Virus record (IMG/VR): IMGVR_UViG_3300028608_000008
Span: 32,001-96,000 of that record
Strand: one strand, 5' to 3'
Length of the DNA: 64,000 bases
Source of the DNA: a virus
Position numbers and translations under genes: made by a program. Below the pieces are notes generated by a model. The model searched no databases, was not told the DNA's origin, and saw only the letters and a list, made by a program, of their open reading frames with translations. Of the stretch, positions 9,859-18,264 are shown one piece after another (within the stretch, counting starts at the first letter, position 1; each line of letters starts with the position of its first letter).

Positions 9859-11085
9859 ATGAAAGTAGCTGTTTACGCCATTGCAAAGAACGAAGAACAC
9901 AACGTCAAACGCTGGCTCGCCAGTGTGAAAGATGCTGACGGAATCTTTGTCCTCGACACTGGCAGTTCTGACAGAACGGTTGAACTTCTGCGCGAAGGTG
10001 GGGCACACGTTTCCATCTGGCCGGTACACAAAGAATTCCGTTTTGACTCTGCCCGTAACGCGGCCATGGATTTGATCCCCGAGGATTACGATCTTTGCGT
10101 TTCGCTTGATTTCGATGAAGTCATTCTGGCCGGTTGGCGTGAACAGCTAAATTCATTTACTGGTGATGGCGCAAACTACACGCTGATTTACTCATTCGAT
10201 AACAGCGGTATCGTCACCTGTTCCTACCCTCGTTTTGCAATTCACAAACGCCGCCCGTTCTATTGGACGTACCCGGCGCACGAAGTATTGGTGCCTGCGC
10301 GTGAAGGTTTTGACATTGACCACAATCTGCAAATCGCGGTTGTGCATCTGCCGTCGCAGCCGAAACCGCCCGGCCACTATCTGAATCTGTTGCGTATCGG
10401 GTACAACGAAAACCCGAACGATCCGCGTACTCTGCAATACTTTGCACGCGAACTCATGTACTGTGGGCAGAACGCTTTTGCTCAAGACATTTTCCTCAAG
10501 CACGTTGAAGTCGAGCAACATCCGCAGTTCCGTTCCGAAAGTTTCCGTTTCATCGCTGGCATCGCTAGCAAAACGAACGAACTTGAAAAATGCGAACGCA
10601 TGTTGTTCCGCGCCATTTACGAATTCCCCGACGCACGCGAACCCTATTGCGAACTGGCCTTCCTGTATTTCGAAACGGGCGAGTACGAACAGTGCATCGG
10701 GATGCTTCGCGGCGCATTGCGCATTACCTCAAAACCAGAAGTGCCGATGATTTTCAAAAACGAGTATTACGGTTACTGGCCGTACCACTTGCTCGCGGTC
10801 GCCTACATGCGCATGGGCCTAAACAAGACCGGCGAAGAAAATCTGCAACTTGCTGTACAGCAATGCAACGGCGAATTGCCGGACGCACTTCTCCAAGACG
10901 TATTAAAGGTGGGCTTGCATGTTCGTCGCACTAGCGCTGGCTCCGGCCAAGAACAAGAAGTTGAGCAAAAAGGAATTTCTGGCTCTGTCGAAGAAGGGGC
11001 AACACTCCTATCTGGAACAGTTCCCGAAATCGAGTCACCGGTTCCTGCTGGAGAAAGCGGGGAGCAACCTGAAAAAGAAGGATGA
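9859..11085 (+). CDS. Glycosyltransferase family 2 with C-terminal TPR repeats
   Basis: AIAKNEE..VLDTGSSDRT..FRFDSARN..SLDFDE (DxD) GT-A fold motifs; TPR-like helices (PDAREPYCELAFLYF); GGAG RBS. Confidence 0.9.
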   Translation: MKVAVYAIAKNEEHNVKRWLASVKDADGIFVLDTGSSDRTVELLREGGAHVSIWPVHKEFRFDSARNAAMDLIPEDYDLCVSLDFDEVILAGWREQLNSFTGDGANYTLIYSFDNSGIVTCSYPRFAIHKRRPFYWTYPAHEVLVPAREGFDIDHNLQIAVVHLPSQPKPPGHYLNLLRIGYNENPNDPRTLQYFARELMYCGQNAFAQDIFLKHVEVEQHPQFRSESFRFIAGIASKTNELEKCERMLFRAIYEFPDAREPYCELAFLYFETGEYEQCIGMLRGALRITSKPEVPMIFKNEYYGYWPYHLLAVAYMRMGLNKTGEENLQLAVQQCNGELPDALLQDVLKVGLHVRRTSAGSGQEQEVEQKGISGSVEEGATLLSGTVPEIESPVPAGESGEQPEKEG

Positions 11086-12535
11086 CAAACCTTCTGCCAA
11101 AAAGTCGGAAAGCAAACCAAAGGAAGAACCGAAAGGTGCAGACAAACACCTGACGGTTGAACCGCGCAAGAAGTATTCCGACAAACCGGATTCCGAAAAG
11201 GAAGCCAAGGCCGATCAACTTCCTGCGGTGATTCAACGGAAAGAAGATCGGGAACAAAAGAAAAAGGGTGAGAATTATCCCACCCTGATCCGTCACAACA
11301 TCGGCGGCAAATCGGTTTCCGTTTTCAATCCAAACACGCCTTCGGAAAAGGAAGTGCGTGCCATTCGTGTGCAGGAACACGAACAGGTCAAAAACGAAAT
11401 CGCGGAGCTAAACAAAGATGGGTCTGCGGTAATCAATCCGCACTCCATCAAAGCTTTGCAGAAAATCAAACCGCACCAATTGGCAGTAGCCAGCCGCGAT
11501 ATCGACAACAACCGTGAGCAAATCATCAACGGTATTGCCGAACGTGTGCAGGAACATCCAAAGCTTTTCAATCGTGGTTTGACTGCGATGGACAAAGTTT
11601 TCCAAGGTGCGCGAAAGCTGAAACCGAAAGACGCTCAAGCCGGGAAACGTGTTCTCACGCAGATTGCGATGACAGCACTTCTCGGCACTTCTGTTTTGGC
11701 ACTGACCATGGGCGCTGCACCGCTTGCTGTTGTTAGTGCGCGTATTCTTTGGGACGTGTGGATGCACGACAAAGAGAAACGCAAAAAAGAAGACGCGCAG
11801 AAAGAGCGTGAAGAAAAAGACGTGACGCCCGGCGCCAATCCAAAGGTTGGTAAAAAGGCGTTGATCGGAAACGACCAGCTTGGCAACAAGCAGCACCAAG
11901 AATCAATGCGCAAGCAAGGGTTTGAATGGAACGACGAACAAGGTTGGATTCAGCCTGACGCCGAACCAAAACAAATCAGCGCAGAAGAATTCGCGGAGGA
12001 AGGTCGCAAGAAAGCGAAAGGCAGCGGCACTGGTGGCAAAGAAGCCAAACCGCGTAAACCGAAGAAACAAAAGCACTGGACCGAGGAAGAATCGGAAGAC
12101 GCCGAATTCACCACGGCTTCCAGCAATGAACCTTTCGAACTTTCCGATCAGCACCACGCTACAATCAACACGGTGATCGACCAACTGACCGACGTTTTGA
12201 AATATCAAGACGTTGACGAAGTTAAAGACCTCGGCAAGCAGTTGTTTGCTGGCGCCAATTCGCAATCGGACAGCCTGTACGAAGACGTTTACAACGCGGT
12301 CGTCAAACTTGCAGATACCCGTTTGCAAGGCGTGCCGGGTCGAATGTTGAAAGGCGTGTTCCGCGTCAACATTGACGAACTCGCAGAAATCACCGAACGT
12401 CTGTGCAACGTCGAGCCAGAAGTGGAAATCGACGAAGGGCAAAAGGTATTCCACTTCGAAACACCGCGTGGCCTTGTCACGTTGGGCGTGGTGGAAGATT
12501 CCGACAATATCCAATTCGTTATTACAGAGGTGTGA
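10919..12535 (+). CDS. Hypothetical, probably virion, protein (Lys/Glu-rich, one hydrophobic segment)
   Basis: 538-aa ORF, AGGTGG RBS; N-terminus MFVALALAP; overlaps the glycosyltransferase 3' end by 167 nt. Confidence 0.65.
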   Translation: MFVALALAPAKNKKLSKKEFLALSKKGQHSYLEQFPKSSHRFLLEKAGSNLKKKDDKPSAKKSESKPKEEPKGADKHLTVEPRKKYSDKPDSEKEAKADQLPAVIQRKEDREQKKKGENYPTLIRHNIGGKSVSVFNPNTPSEKEVRAIRVQEHEQVKNEIAELNKDGSAVINPHSIKALQKIKPHQLAVASRDIDNNREQIINGIAERVQEHPKLFNRGLTAMDKVFQGARKLKPKDAQAGKRVLTQIAMTALLGTSVLALTMGAAPLAVVSARILWDVWMHDKEKRKKEDAQKEREEKDVTPGANPKVGKKALIGNDQLGNKQHQESMRKQGFEWNDEQGWIQPDAEPKQISAEEFAEEGRKKAKGSGTGGKEAKPRKPKKQKHWTEEESEDAEFTTASSNEPFELSDQHHATINTVIDQLTDVLKYQDVDEVKDLGKQLFAGANSQSDSLYEDVYNAVVKLADTRLQGVPGRMLKGVFRVNIDELAEITERLCNVEPEVEIDEGQKVFHFETPRGLVTLGVVEDSDNIQFVITEV

Positions 12536-12538
12536 GAA

Positions 12539-12892
12539 ATGGCTTTGACGTTCCGCTGTGATCCGGATGAACGCCATCTGCCAATGGCTCAGCGTTCCGT
12601 ACTGTGGGTTCTCGACGGTGACAAAAAGATTGGAATGATTGCTGCTGAAAGCGGATCGAAAATGGATTCGGAAGTAAGCAGTGATCGCAATCAAGGGTTG
12701 GCAATCTGGAAAGCGCGTTTGCTGCATTCCCATTTCAGCCCATTCGATCATCACGACGAACCGCACGAATCGGAACCGCACGTCGAAATGGACGAATCCG
12801 GTTTCTCCATGTTGGTGAACCCGAAAAAGATGGATATGTCTACTGCGCGGCAGTGGGTTCGCAAAAACTATGACGCAGGTTTTCCGAAATGA
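12539..12892 (+). CDS. Hypothetical protein
   Basis: 117-aa ORF, GAGG RBS, tight packing. Confidence 0.6.
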   Translation: MALTFRCDPDERHLPMAQRSVLWVLDGDKKIGMIAAESGSKMDSEVSSDRNQGLAIWKARLLHSHFSPFDHHDEPHESEPHVEMDESGFSMLVNPKKMDMSTARQWVRKNYDAGFPK

Positions 12893-13737
12893 AAAGAGAG
12901 CTATCCCTTTCGTTCTCGCTGGGCACGCCGGTTGGCGCCCAGTTGGCGGACGGTGCATTGATCGGTGAGCAAGTTACCGAAATGCACAAAGTCGAAGTAA
13001 ACAAAAACGGCACCGTTCACGTTACCGCGCAACAGGTTGGTGATTCGGGCGGTGCTGGTCGCATTCTCGACGCCAATATCTGGCTGGGCCAAGCGGCAAA
13101 AGAATACGGTTTGAGTTCCGACATTCGCGACTACATTCTGGTGCCAGTGCCGTCGATGATTTCCGGCATTCCAAACACCAACGGCGATTCTGTAAACCTG
13201 AAAGACTTGACCAAGTTCAACACCGAGCAAGGTCAACTCGCGTACAAGACGTGGGTGGGAAAACCCATGTACGTCGAACACCGTCACAAACCGGAATGGA
13301 TTCGCGGTATCATTCTTGATACTTTCCTGCGCCCAATTCCCGGTTTGCCCAACCACGTCAAACTGGTGAAACTCGCGGCACTCGACCGCACTCGCGATGC
13401 ACCGTTGATTCAACGCGTGATCGACAAAGAACTGAACACTTATTCGATGGGTATGTATTTCAGTTCCTACACCTGTTCTGTTTGCGGAAACAAAGCGGGT
13501 CGCGGCATTGGCAAACCGTGTTCGCATACTCGCCCACAACAGCCGACGTACCAACTGCAAAATGGCCGTTTGGTTTATCGCATTTGCCACGATATCACCG
13601 GGTTCGAATTGAGCCTGCTGACCAACAAAGGCAAACGCAGCGGCGCCGATGGTTACACCGAAGGTTATGGCGATCCGTCATATGTTTCTGCAATCGGCGA
13701 TCATCTGATGGACCCGCGCAGCCTCCTTTTGAAATAA
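12889..13737 (+). CDS. Putative prohead (capsid maturation) protease
   Basis: WVGKPMYVEH (candidate catalytic His) and YSMG (candidate catalytic Ser) followed by CSVCG..CSH, a pattern I recognise from HK97/herpes-fold phage maturation proteases; upstream of scaffold and capsid genes. Confidence 0.65.
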   Translation: MKRELSLSFSLGTPVGAQLADGALIGEQVTEMHKVEVNKNGTVHVTAQQVGDSGGAGRILDANIWLGQAAKEYGLSSDIRDYILVPVPSMISGIPNTNGDSVNLKDLTKFNTEQGQLAYKTWVGKPMYVEHRHKPEWIRGIILDTFLRPIPGLPNHVKLVKLAALDRTRDAPLIQRVIDKELNTYSMGMYFSSYTCSVCGNKAGRGIGKPCSHTRPQQPTYQLQNGRLVYRICHDITGFELSLLTNKGKRSGADGYTEGYGDPSYVSAIGDHLMDPRSLLLK

Positions 13738-13747
13738 GGAAACCGAA

Positions 13748-14218
13748 ATGCCGAAACTCACGCTTGAAGAAGTCCTCAAACTGCCCGATCCGTTGCTGAA
13801 CGACAACTTCGATCTGCATGCCGTCGGCGGTTCCAAAAAGTTTCCGCTGCCAAGCGCGTTTATCGAGTGTACCAACACTTTCGAACTCGTGCGTACTGCG
13901 TTGGTTCGTGTCGATCAAGTGCAAATGCCGAAAGGTAAAAAGGGCCGGGTCACACTGGGCTTTTTCGACCAGACCGGCTCGCAGGAATTCCTTGATGCGT
14001 TTGCTGCGCTCAATGACAATTTCGGCACGCTGACCATTCAGCATTACGACTTCGACGGCGAGCCTACCCGCCACGTTATTTTCTCCGAAGTCGAATTCCA
14101 GAAAACCGTGATTGCGTATGACGCTGGTGGCGGTACAGTCGTTGAACGTTTCGCAACGTTTGAATTCGATTCCATGCAGGAACTCCATATTCCCAAGCAG
14201 AAGAAACCTACCAAATGA
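13748..14218 (+). CDS. Tail tube-like protein (paralogue)
   Basis: MPKLTLEEVLKLPDPLLNDNFDL resembles the start of 24478..24987 (MSKVTLTEVLGINDPMLNDNFEL); VERFATFEFD terminal strand. Confidence 0.65.
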   Translation: MPKLTLEEVLKLPDPLLNDNFDLHAVGGSKKFPLPSAFIECTNTFELVRTALVRVDQVQMPKGKKGRVTLGFFDQTGSQEFLDAFAALNDNFGTLTIQHYDFDGEPTRHVIFSEVEFQKTVIAYDAGGGTVVERFATFEFDSMQELHIPKQKKPTK

Positions 14219-14709
14219 AAGTCGAAGTAGCGCTGGCCTCAAACAAACTCGAATTCCTCAACCGCCGTTACCGGGAACTCAACAAAGAGAAAGAAAAGGT
14301 AATGGCCGAGTACGACGAAAAGATTCACAAGCTGTTTGAAGAAATCACCGCCGAAGAAGCGCTCATGCAAACTCAATCCGAGGACGGTTACAAGTTCTGG
14401 CTTGAGGTAAACGGCAAGAAACTCACTTCCGTTAAAACGTTGAGTGACGCGCGTGGGTTCTATCCGAATCCCGATGCGACTCCGGAAGGTGCCAAAATCT
14501 ATGCGCAGTTCCAACTGCACAAACCGGTTTTGGTAATGGAACGTTCGACGAAAAGCGAATTCGATCATCACCGTCCGGGCAAACTGATCTGGCGCTGGGC
14601 TTCGAAAGAAGTGCTGATGCGTTGGGGCAGCGAAAGCAACATTCACCTGCGCCTCGGTGCTGACGCAGCGAAAAACAAATTCTACGGGAAGGATAATCAA
14701 AATGGCTGA
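14215..14709 (+). CDS. Hypothetical protein (N-terminal coiled coil)
   Basis: 164-aa ORF; N-terminus MKVEVALASNK. Confidence 0.6.
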   Translation: MKVEVALASNKLEFLNRRYRELNKEKEKVMAEYDEKIHKLFEEITAEEALMQTQSEDGYKFWLEVNGKKLTSVKTLSDARGFYPNPDATPEGAKIYAQFQLHKPVLVMERSTKSEFDHHRPGKLIWRWASKEVLMRWGSESNIHLRLGADAAKNKFYGKDNQNG

Positions 14710-14809
14710 CGCAATCAAACGCAATCAAATGGCAATTCGGCTATGGGCACAGCGCAACATCGGTGTTCTGGAAGTAGGTTTCGGCGAAAGCATCGGCTGC
14801 GAAGAATAA
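14702..14809 (+). CDS. Small hypothetical protein (35 aa)
   Basis: Read by hand, below ORF-track cutoff: MADAIKRNQMAIRLWAQRNIGVLEVGFGESIGCEE; AAGGA RBS; fills the gap. Confidence 0.4.
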   Translation: MADAIKRNQMAIRLWAQRNIGVLEVGFGESIGCEE

Positions 14810-14821
14810 CGGGAGCACTGC

Positions 14822-15829
14822 ATGAGCATTTCGGGAAACAAGCCGGGAAGTGAAAATATTTCCGGCTGGGCAGCAACGAAAGCGTTGCAGGATGCGGTTA
14901 AAAAACTGGCGCAATTTAGTGGCCCTTCGGTTTCTACAGTGCTCGGCCAAAAGCTGGTCGATCATAGAATGCGCCACCTTTTTCCGGAGGTTGACGGAAA
15001 CGAATGTTTGAATCCGCCGCCGAAAATGGAATTCCCTGATCCAGATAAATCGTGGGAAGACCTTGGAAAACTCATGGCGAGACAAGTTTACGAAACCGCA
15101 TACGACCCGCTTCCGCACAATAACGTTCGTGGTCTTTTTCTACTTGCGGATGCGCGGGGCGACTTTAACCAGCGAGCGGCTGCCGACAAGCTGTTTAAAG
15201 AAAACTGCAAAGTATACGCGGAACTCGTCGGGCAAGACAGATTGATCGAGCGCCTGAAAGATTCCGCGTTAATCAGTGAGTGCGCAACCGAATTAAACAT
15301 TCCGATTGAATCGGTTACTCTTTCGCAAGCTGTCTCCCACCGGGATCACAAACAAATGAAAGTAATGCTCAGCCTTGCGGGCGAACAAACAACAATGCCC
15401 AACGTAATCTGTGGTTTCCCCGGTGTCGGCAAATCGACGCTTTTCCGGAATCGCGGCGACCTCAAGATTCTGGATTCGGATAGCAGTACGTTCGATAAAG
15501 CCGAATTCCCGCAAAACTACATTGCGCACATCAAAGAGAAGATTGCAGAAGGTTACATTATTCTCGCATCGACTCACGACGTGGTACGCAATGCACTGGT
15601 GGAAAACAACATTCCATTCGGTATCGTTTACCCTGCATTGAATTGCAAAGAAGAATACCTGCAACGTTACCGTGATCGTGGAAGCCCGCAAGCTTTCATT
15701 GATCTAATGGACGCGAAATGGGTTGATTTCGTAAACGGTTGTGCATCCCAAAAAGGCTGCATTTCGTACTGCATGCCGAAAGGCCAATACATGCCAAGTA
15801 TCGAAGAACTCCCGAAAAAGCTCAGCTAA
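14822..15829 (+). CDS. Hypothetical protein with C-terminal P-loop NTPase/kinase-like domain
   Basis: Walker A VICGFPGVGKST then LDSDSSTFDK, typical of small phage P-loop proteins; unknown N-terminal ~190 aa. Confidence 0.7.
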   Translation: MSISGNKPGSENISGWAATKALQDAVKKLAQFSGPSVSTVLGQKLVDHRMRHLFPEVDGNECLNPPPKMEFPDPDKSWEDLGKLMARQVYETAYDPLPHNNVRGLFLLADARGDFNQRAAADKLFKENCKVYAELVGQDRLIERLKDSALISECATELNIPIESVTLSQAVSHRDHKQMKVMLSLAGEQTTMPNVICGFPGVGKSTLFRNRGDLKILDSDSSTFDKAEFPQNYIAHIKEKIAEGYIILASTHDVVRNALVENNIPFGIVYPALNCKEEYLQRYRDRGSPQAFIDLMDAKWVDFVNGCASQKGCISYCMPKGQYMPSIEELPKKLS

Positions 15830-15847
15830 AAACTCCCGAAAAAGCTC
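15807..15847 (+). repeat. 17-nt direct repeat x2 (AACTCCCGAAAAAGCTC)
   Basis: Copies at 15807-15823 and 15831-15847 straddling the stop codon. Confidence 0.9.
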
Positions 15848-15854
15848 CAAAAAG

Positions 15855-15890
15855 AACCCGCCTTTGCCTAGTGCATTGTGCGGGTTTTTT
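15855..15890 (+). terminator. Rho-independent terminator (CTAGT loop)
   Basis: AACCCGC...TGC-CTAGT-GCA...GCGGGTT followed by T6. Confidence 0.8.
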
Positions 15891-15898
15891 GTTGCTTA

Positions 15899-15922
15899 AA
15901 AATTGTTTGAGCTAATTTTTAA
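15899..15922 (+). promoter_or_regulatory. Candidate late-promoter motif AAAATTG-N5-GCTAATTTTTAA, copy 1
   Basis: Same 19 fixed bases and spacing as 16313-16336; directly after a terminator and upstream of head genes. Confidence 0.55.
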
Positions 15923-15942
15923 TCATGGAACTGGAGGACACA

Positions 15943-16320
15943 ATGAAAGTTACCATTCCATTAAAAGCGGTTGCACGGGCCGCACCATTGCATGACTTCC
16001 ACGCTTCCGGAACGACGGACGAAAAACACCTCGACTATCATCTGGAACGAATCCCCGCCGTAAAGCAAGGTTTAGTCGGCTTGAAAGTCGATTATGACTC
16101 GCTTGGGGATAACGGAAGCGAAACTTGCCGTATCGAATTAACCGCTGACCATTGCGATGCAGTAATGGAATTGTCGATGGCTGATGACGGTTGGGCTTAC
16201 AAAGCGCAACTGAATTCGAATGGCTCGACCAGAACGTTTGAGGGAACCGGTTCGCATGACAGCAAACAGGCCCTTGTACGGAAAGTGAATGGCATGATTC
16301 GAATCATGCTAGAAAATTGA
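15943..16320 (+). CDS. Hypothetical, probably head-associated, protein
   Basis: GGAGG RBS favours ATG 15943 over 15925. Confidence 0.6.
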   Translation: MKVTIPLKAVARAAPLHDFHASGTTDEKHLDYHLERIPAVKQGLVGLKVDYDSLGDNGSETCRIELTADHCDAVMELSMADDGWAYKAQLNSNGSTRTFEGTGSHDSKQALVRKVNGMIRIMLEN

Positions 16321-16336
16321 AGTCGCTAATTTTTAA
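16313..16336 (+). promoter_or_regulatory. Candidate late-promoter motif, copy 2
   Basis: AAAATTG-AAGTC-GCTAATTTTTAA upstream of the scaffold-decoration-capsid operon. Confidence 0.55.
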
Positions 16337-16386
16337 AACAGGAATCGCATTCCTAACCTCTAAACCAATCCAGTTTAGGAGCCACC

Positions 16387-18240
16387 ATGACCAAAGATAA
16401 AGCGCAGCGTCGCGGTATCGTTGTAGTGGGTGACACTCTGGAGCAGGCAACAGGCTTTTTCACCGCTGTGGCAAAAGGTGAGAATGTTTCGGTATTCCAA
16501 AACGCTGACGGTGACGTGCAAATCGCTACCGCAAGTGCAGAGGTTTCCGGCATTCAAATCCTCGATCCGCTTTCCGGTGAGGAACTCGTTTCCGTTGACG
16601 ATCAACAGGTCGTTATCGAAAGTCTGGCGTCGGCTGTGGGACAAAGTGTCGAAGCCCAATTCGTTCAATGCACTGCGGGTTGCAACTCGTATGTAATGTC
16701 GGACGATACCGAACTTTTGCACAAATGTCCGGCATGTGCCTCTGACCTGCCCGACTTGGGAAATTCCAACGTGAACGAAAACCAAAACGCTGCACCGGGC
16801 GAAAAGCGTGAATCGCTGCTTGCCTATGCTGGCTCTTTCGAAGAAGCCAGCCAACAATTCGTTGCGATGGTAAACGGCGAAGTACAACCGCACACTTTCC
16901 AGTGTGACGACGTTGTTGTCGCTTGCGCCAGCGAAATGAAATTCAACATCTACCAAGGTGTTGAAGCCATTGGCTCTCAGGAAGCGCCGGTCAGCATGAC
17001 CGCTTTTGCATCCAGTGCCGAAGGCGAACAGAAAAACGTTCCGGCGCACCATTTCATGTGCGTTTCGAAATCGTGCGGTACTCACGTTGTAGCCAGCGAC
17101 GAATCGCCGCTGTTCTGCCCCGGTTGCAGTGCCGGTCTGATCGACCCCGCCGATATCGCCACCGCTTCCGACGACGAAGACGATGACGAAGATTACGACG
17201 AAGACGATCTGAACGACGACGAGTCGGAAGACGACGAAGAAGACGAAGACGAATCCGACGAAGAAGACGAAGACGAATCCGACGAGGATGAAGACTTCGA
17301 AGACGACGAAGAAGACGAAGACGAAGCAATCACGCTTTCCGTTTCCTCTGCCAAACCGTCCGGCGTCCGCAAAAAAGAAAAACCTTCTGCCGCTGCGCAA
17401 ACCGAACAGCCTGCCGCTGCTGAATCTCTGGTTTCCGTTGCCGCAAGTTTCGTTGCTCTGTCGAGCGGCGATATGAAACCTGAAAACGTTGACGTGGCTT
17501 ATGCCGCAAACGTTGCCGGTGACAGCCGCTGGTACGCTTTCCACGACGGCGTTCCATTCGCGCAAGCAGTGGCCTCGCAATCGAAAATCGAAAGTTTCGC
17601 TACCGATACGTTCGGTCGCACTTTCAAAGCAATCGCCGCCGAACACGGTGTAGCGACTGCCATGGCTGAACTCGGTTTCACCGAAATCAAGCCAGAAATC
17701 AACGTCGAGAAATTCGTCGAAAGCGAAGTCACTTCGCAAGTCGAATCTCGCGTTGCGCAAATCGCAGAAGCTTCCAGCCGCGATGCTGCCGAATTCAATT
17801 CGCGCTTCCTCGCCGCAATCGCTACTGCAAGCCAAGGTATCAACTCCGGTTTCTACAAAGGCGAAACGCCGAACCCGATCATCACCGCTCTGGCTGGTGC
17901 TCTGGAAGAAGCTGGCATTACCGGCGGCGCAGCACTGGCCGCGCAATGTTTCGCTCGCCATGGCGATGCGTATCACAAAGCGCTCGTTGCGAAAGCAAGC
18001 CAAATCATGCAGTACGATCTGCAAGTTCAAAACCAAATGGCGCAAGCCGTTGCGGATCACCAGAATCCGCAAACTGGTAGCGAAACTGCCGTTGCATCGT
18101 CGCTGCCTGTCGGTCGCCCTGTCGGCGGTCTGACCCACGTTGGTCTGCAACAAGAAACTCGCGAAACTGCAACCGCCGCTTCGCAACATGGTGACGATTT
18201 CGCTCAACGCCTCGCCGGTCTGAAACTCGGCCGCCGTTAA
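16387..18240 (+). CDS. Putative prohead core/scaffolding protein
   Basis: Two genes upstream of the major capsid gene; two Cys-rich ribbon-like clusters, acidic tract, helical Ala-rich C-terminus; strongly biased codons. Confidence 0.6.
   Translation: MTKDKAQRRGIVVVGDTLEQATGFFTAVAKGENVSVFQNADGDVQIATASAEVSGIQILDPLSGEELVSVDDQQVVIESLASAVGQSVEAQFVQCTAGCNSYVMSDDTELLHKCPACASDLPDLGNSNVNENQNAAPGEKRESLLAYAGSFEEASQQFVAMVNGEVQPHTFQCDDVVVACASEMKFNIYQGVEAIGSQEAPVSMTAFASSAEGEQKNVPAHHFMCVSKSCGTHVVASDESPLFCPGCSAGLIDPADIATASDDEDDDEDYDEDDLNDDESEDDEEDEDESDEEDEDESDEDEDFEDDEEDEDEAITLSVSSAKPSGVRKKEKPSAAAQTEQPAAAESLVSVAASFVALSSGDMKPENVDVAYAANVAGDSRWYAFHDGVPFAQAVASQSKIESFATDTFGRTFKAIAAEHGVATAMAELGFTEIKPEINVEKFVESEVTSQVESRVAQIAEASSRDAAEFNSRFLAAIATASQGINSGFYKGETPNPIITALAGALEEAGITGGAALAAQCFARHGDAYHKALVAKASQIMQYDLQVQNQMAQAVADHQNPQTGSETAVASSLPVGRPVGGLTHVGLQQETRETATAASQHGDDFAQRLAGLKLGRR
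17233..17280 (+). repeat. 24-nt tandem repeat x2 encoding DEEDEDES
   Basis: GACGAAGAAGACGAAGACGAATCC at 17233-17256 and 17257-17280. Confidence 0.9.
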
Positions 18241-18264
18241 GCCTTACATTCTCTGGAGAGAAAA

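Noticed and set aside
17160-17330. GAC/GAA-rich stretches as non-coding repeat arrays
   Set aside because: They are in-frame Asp/Glu tracts within proteins
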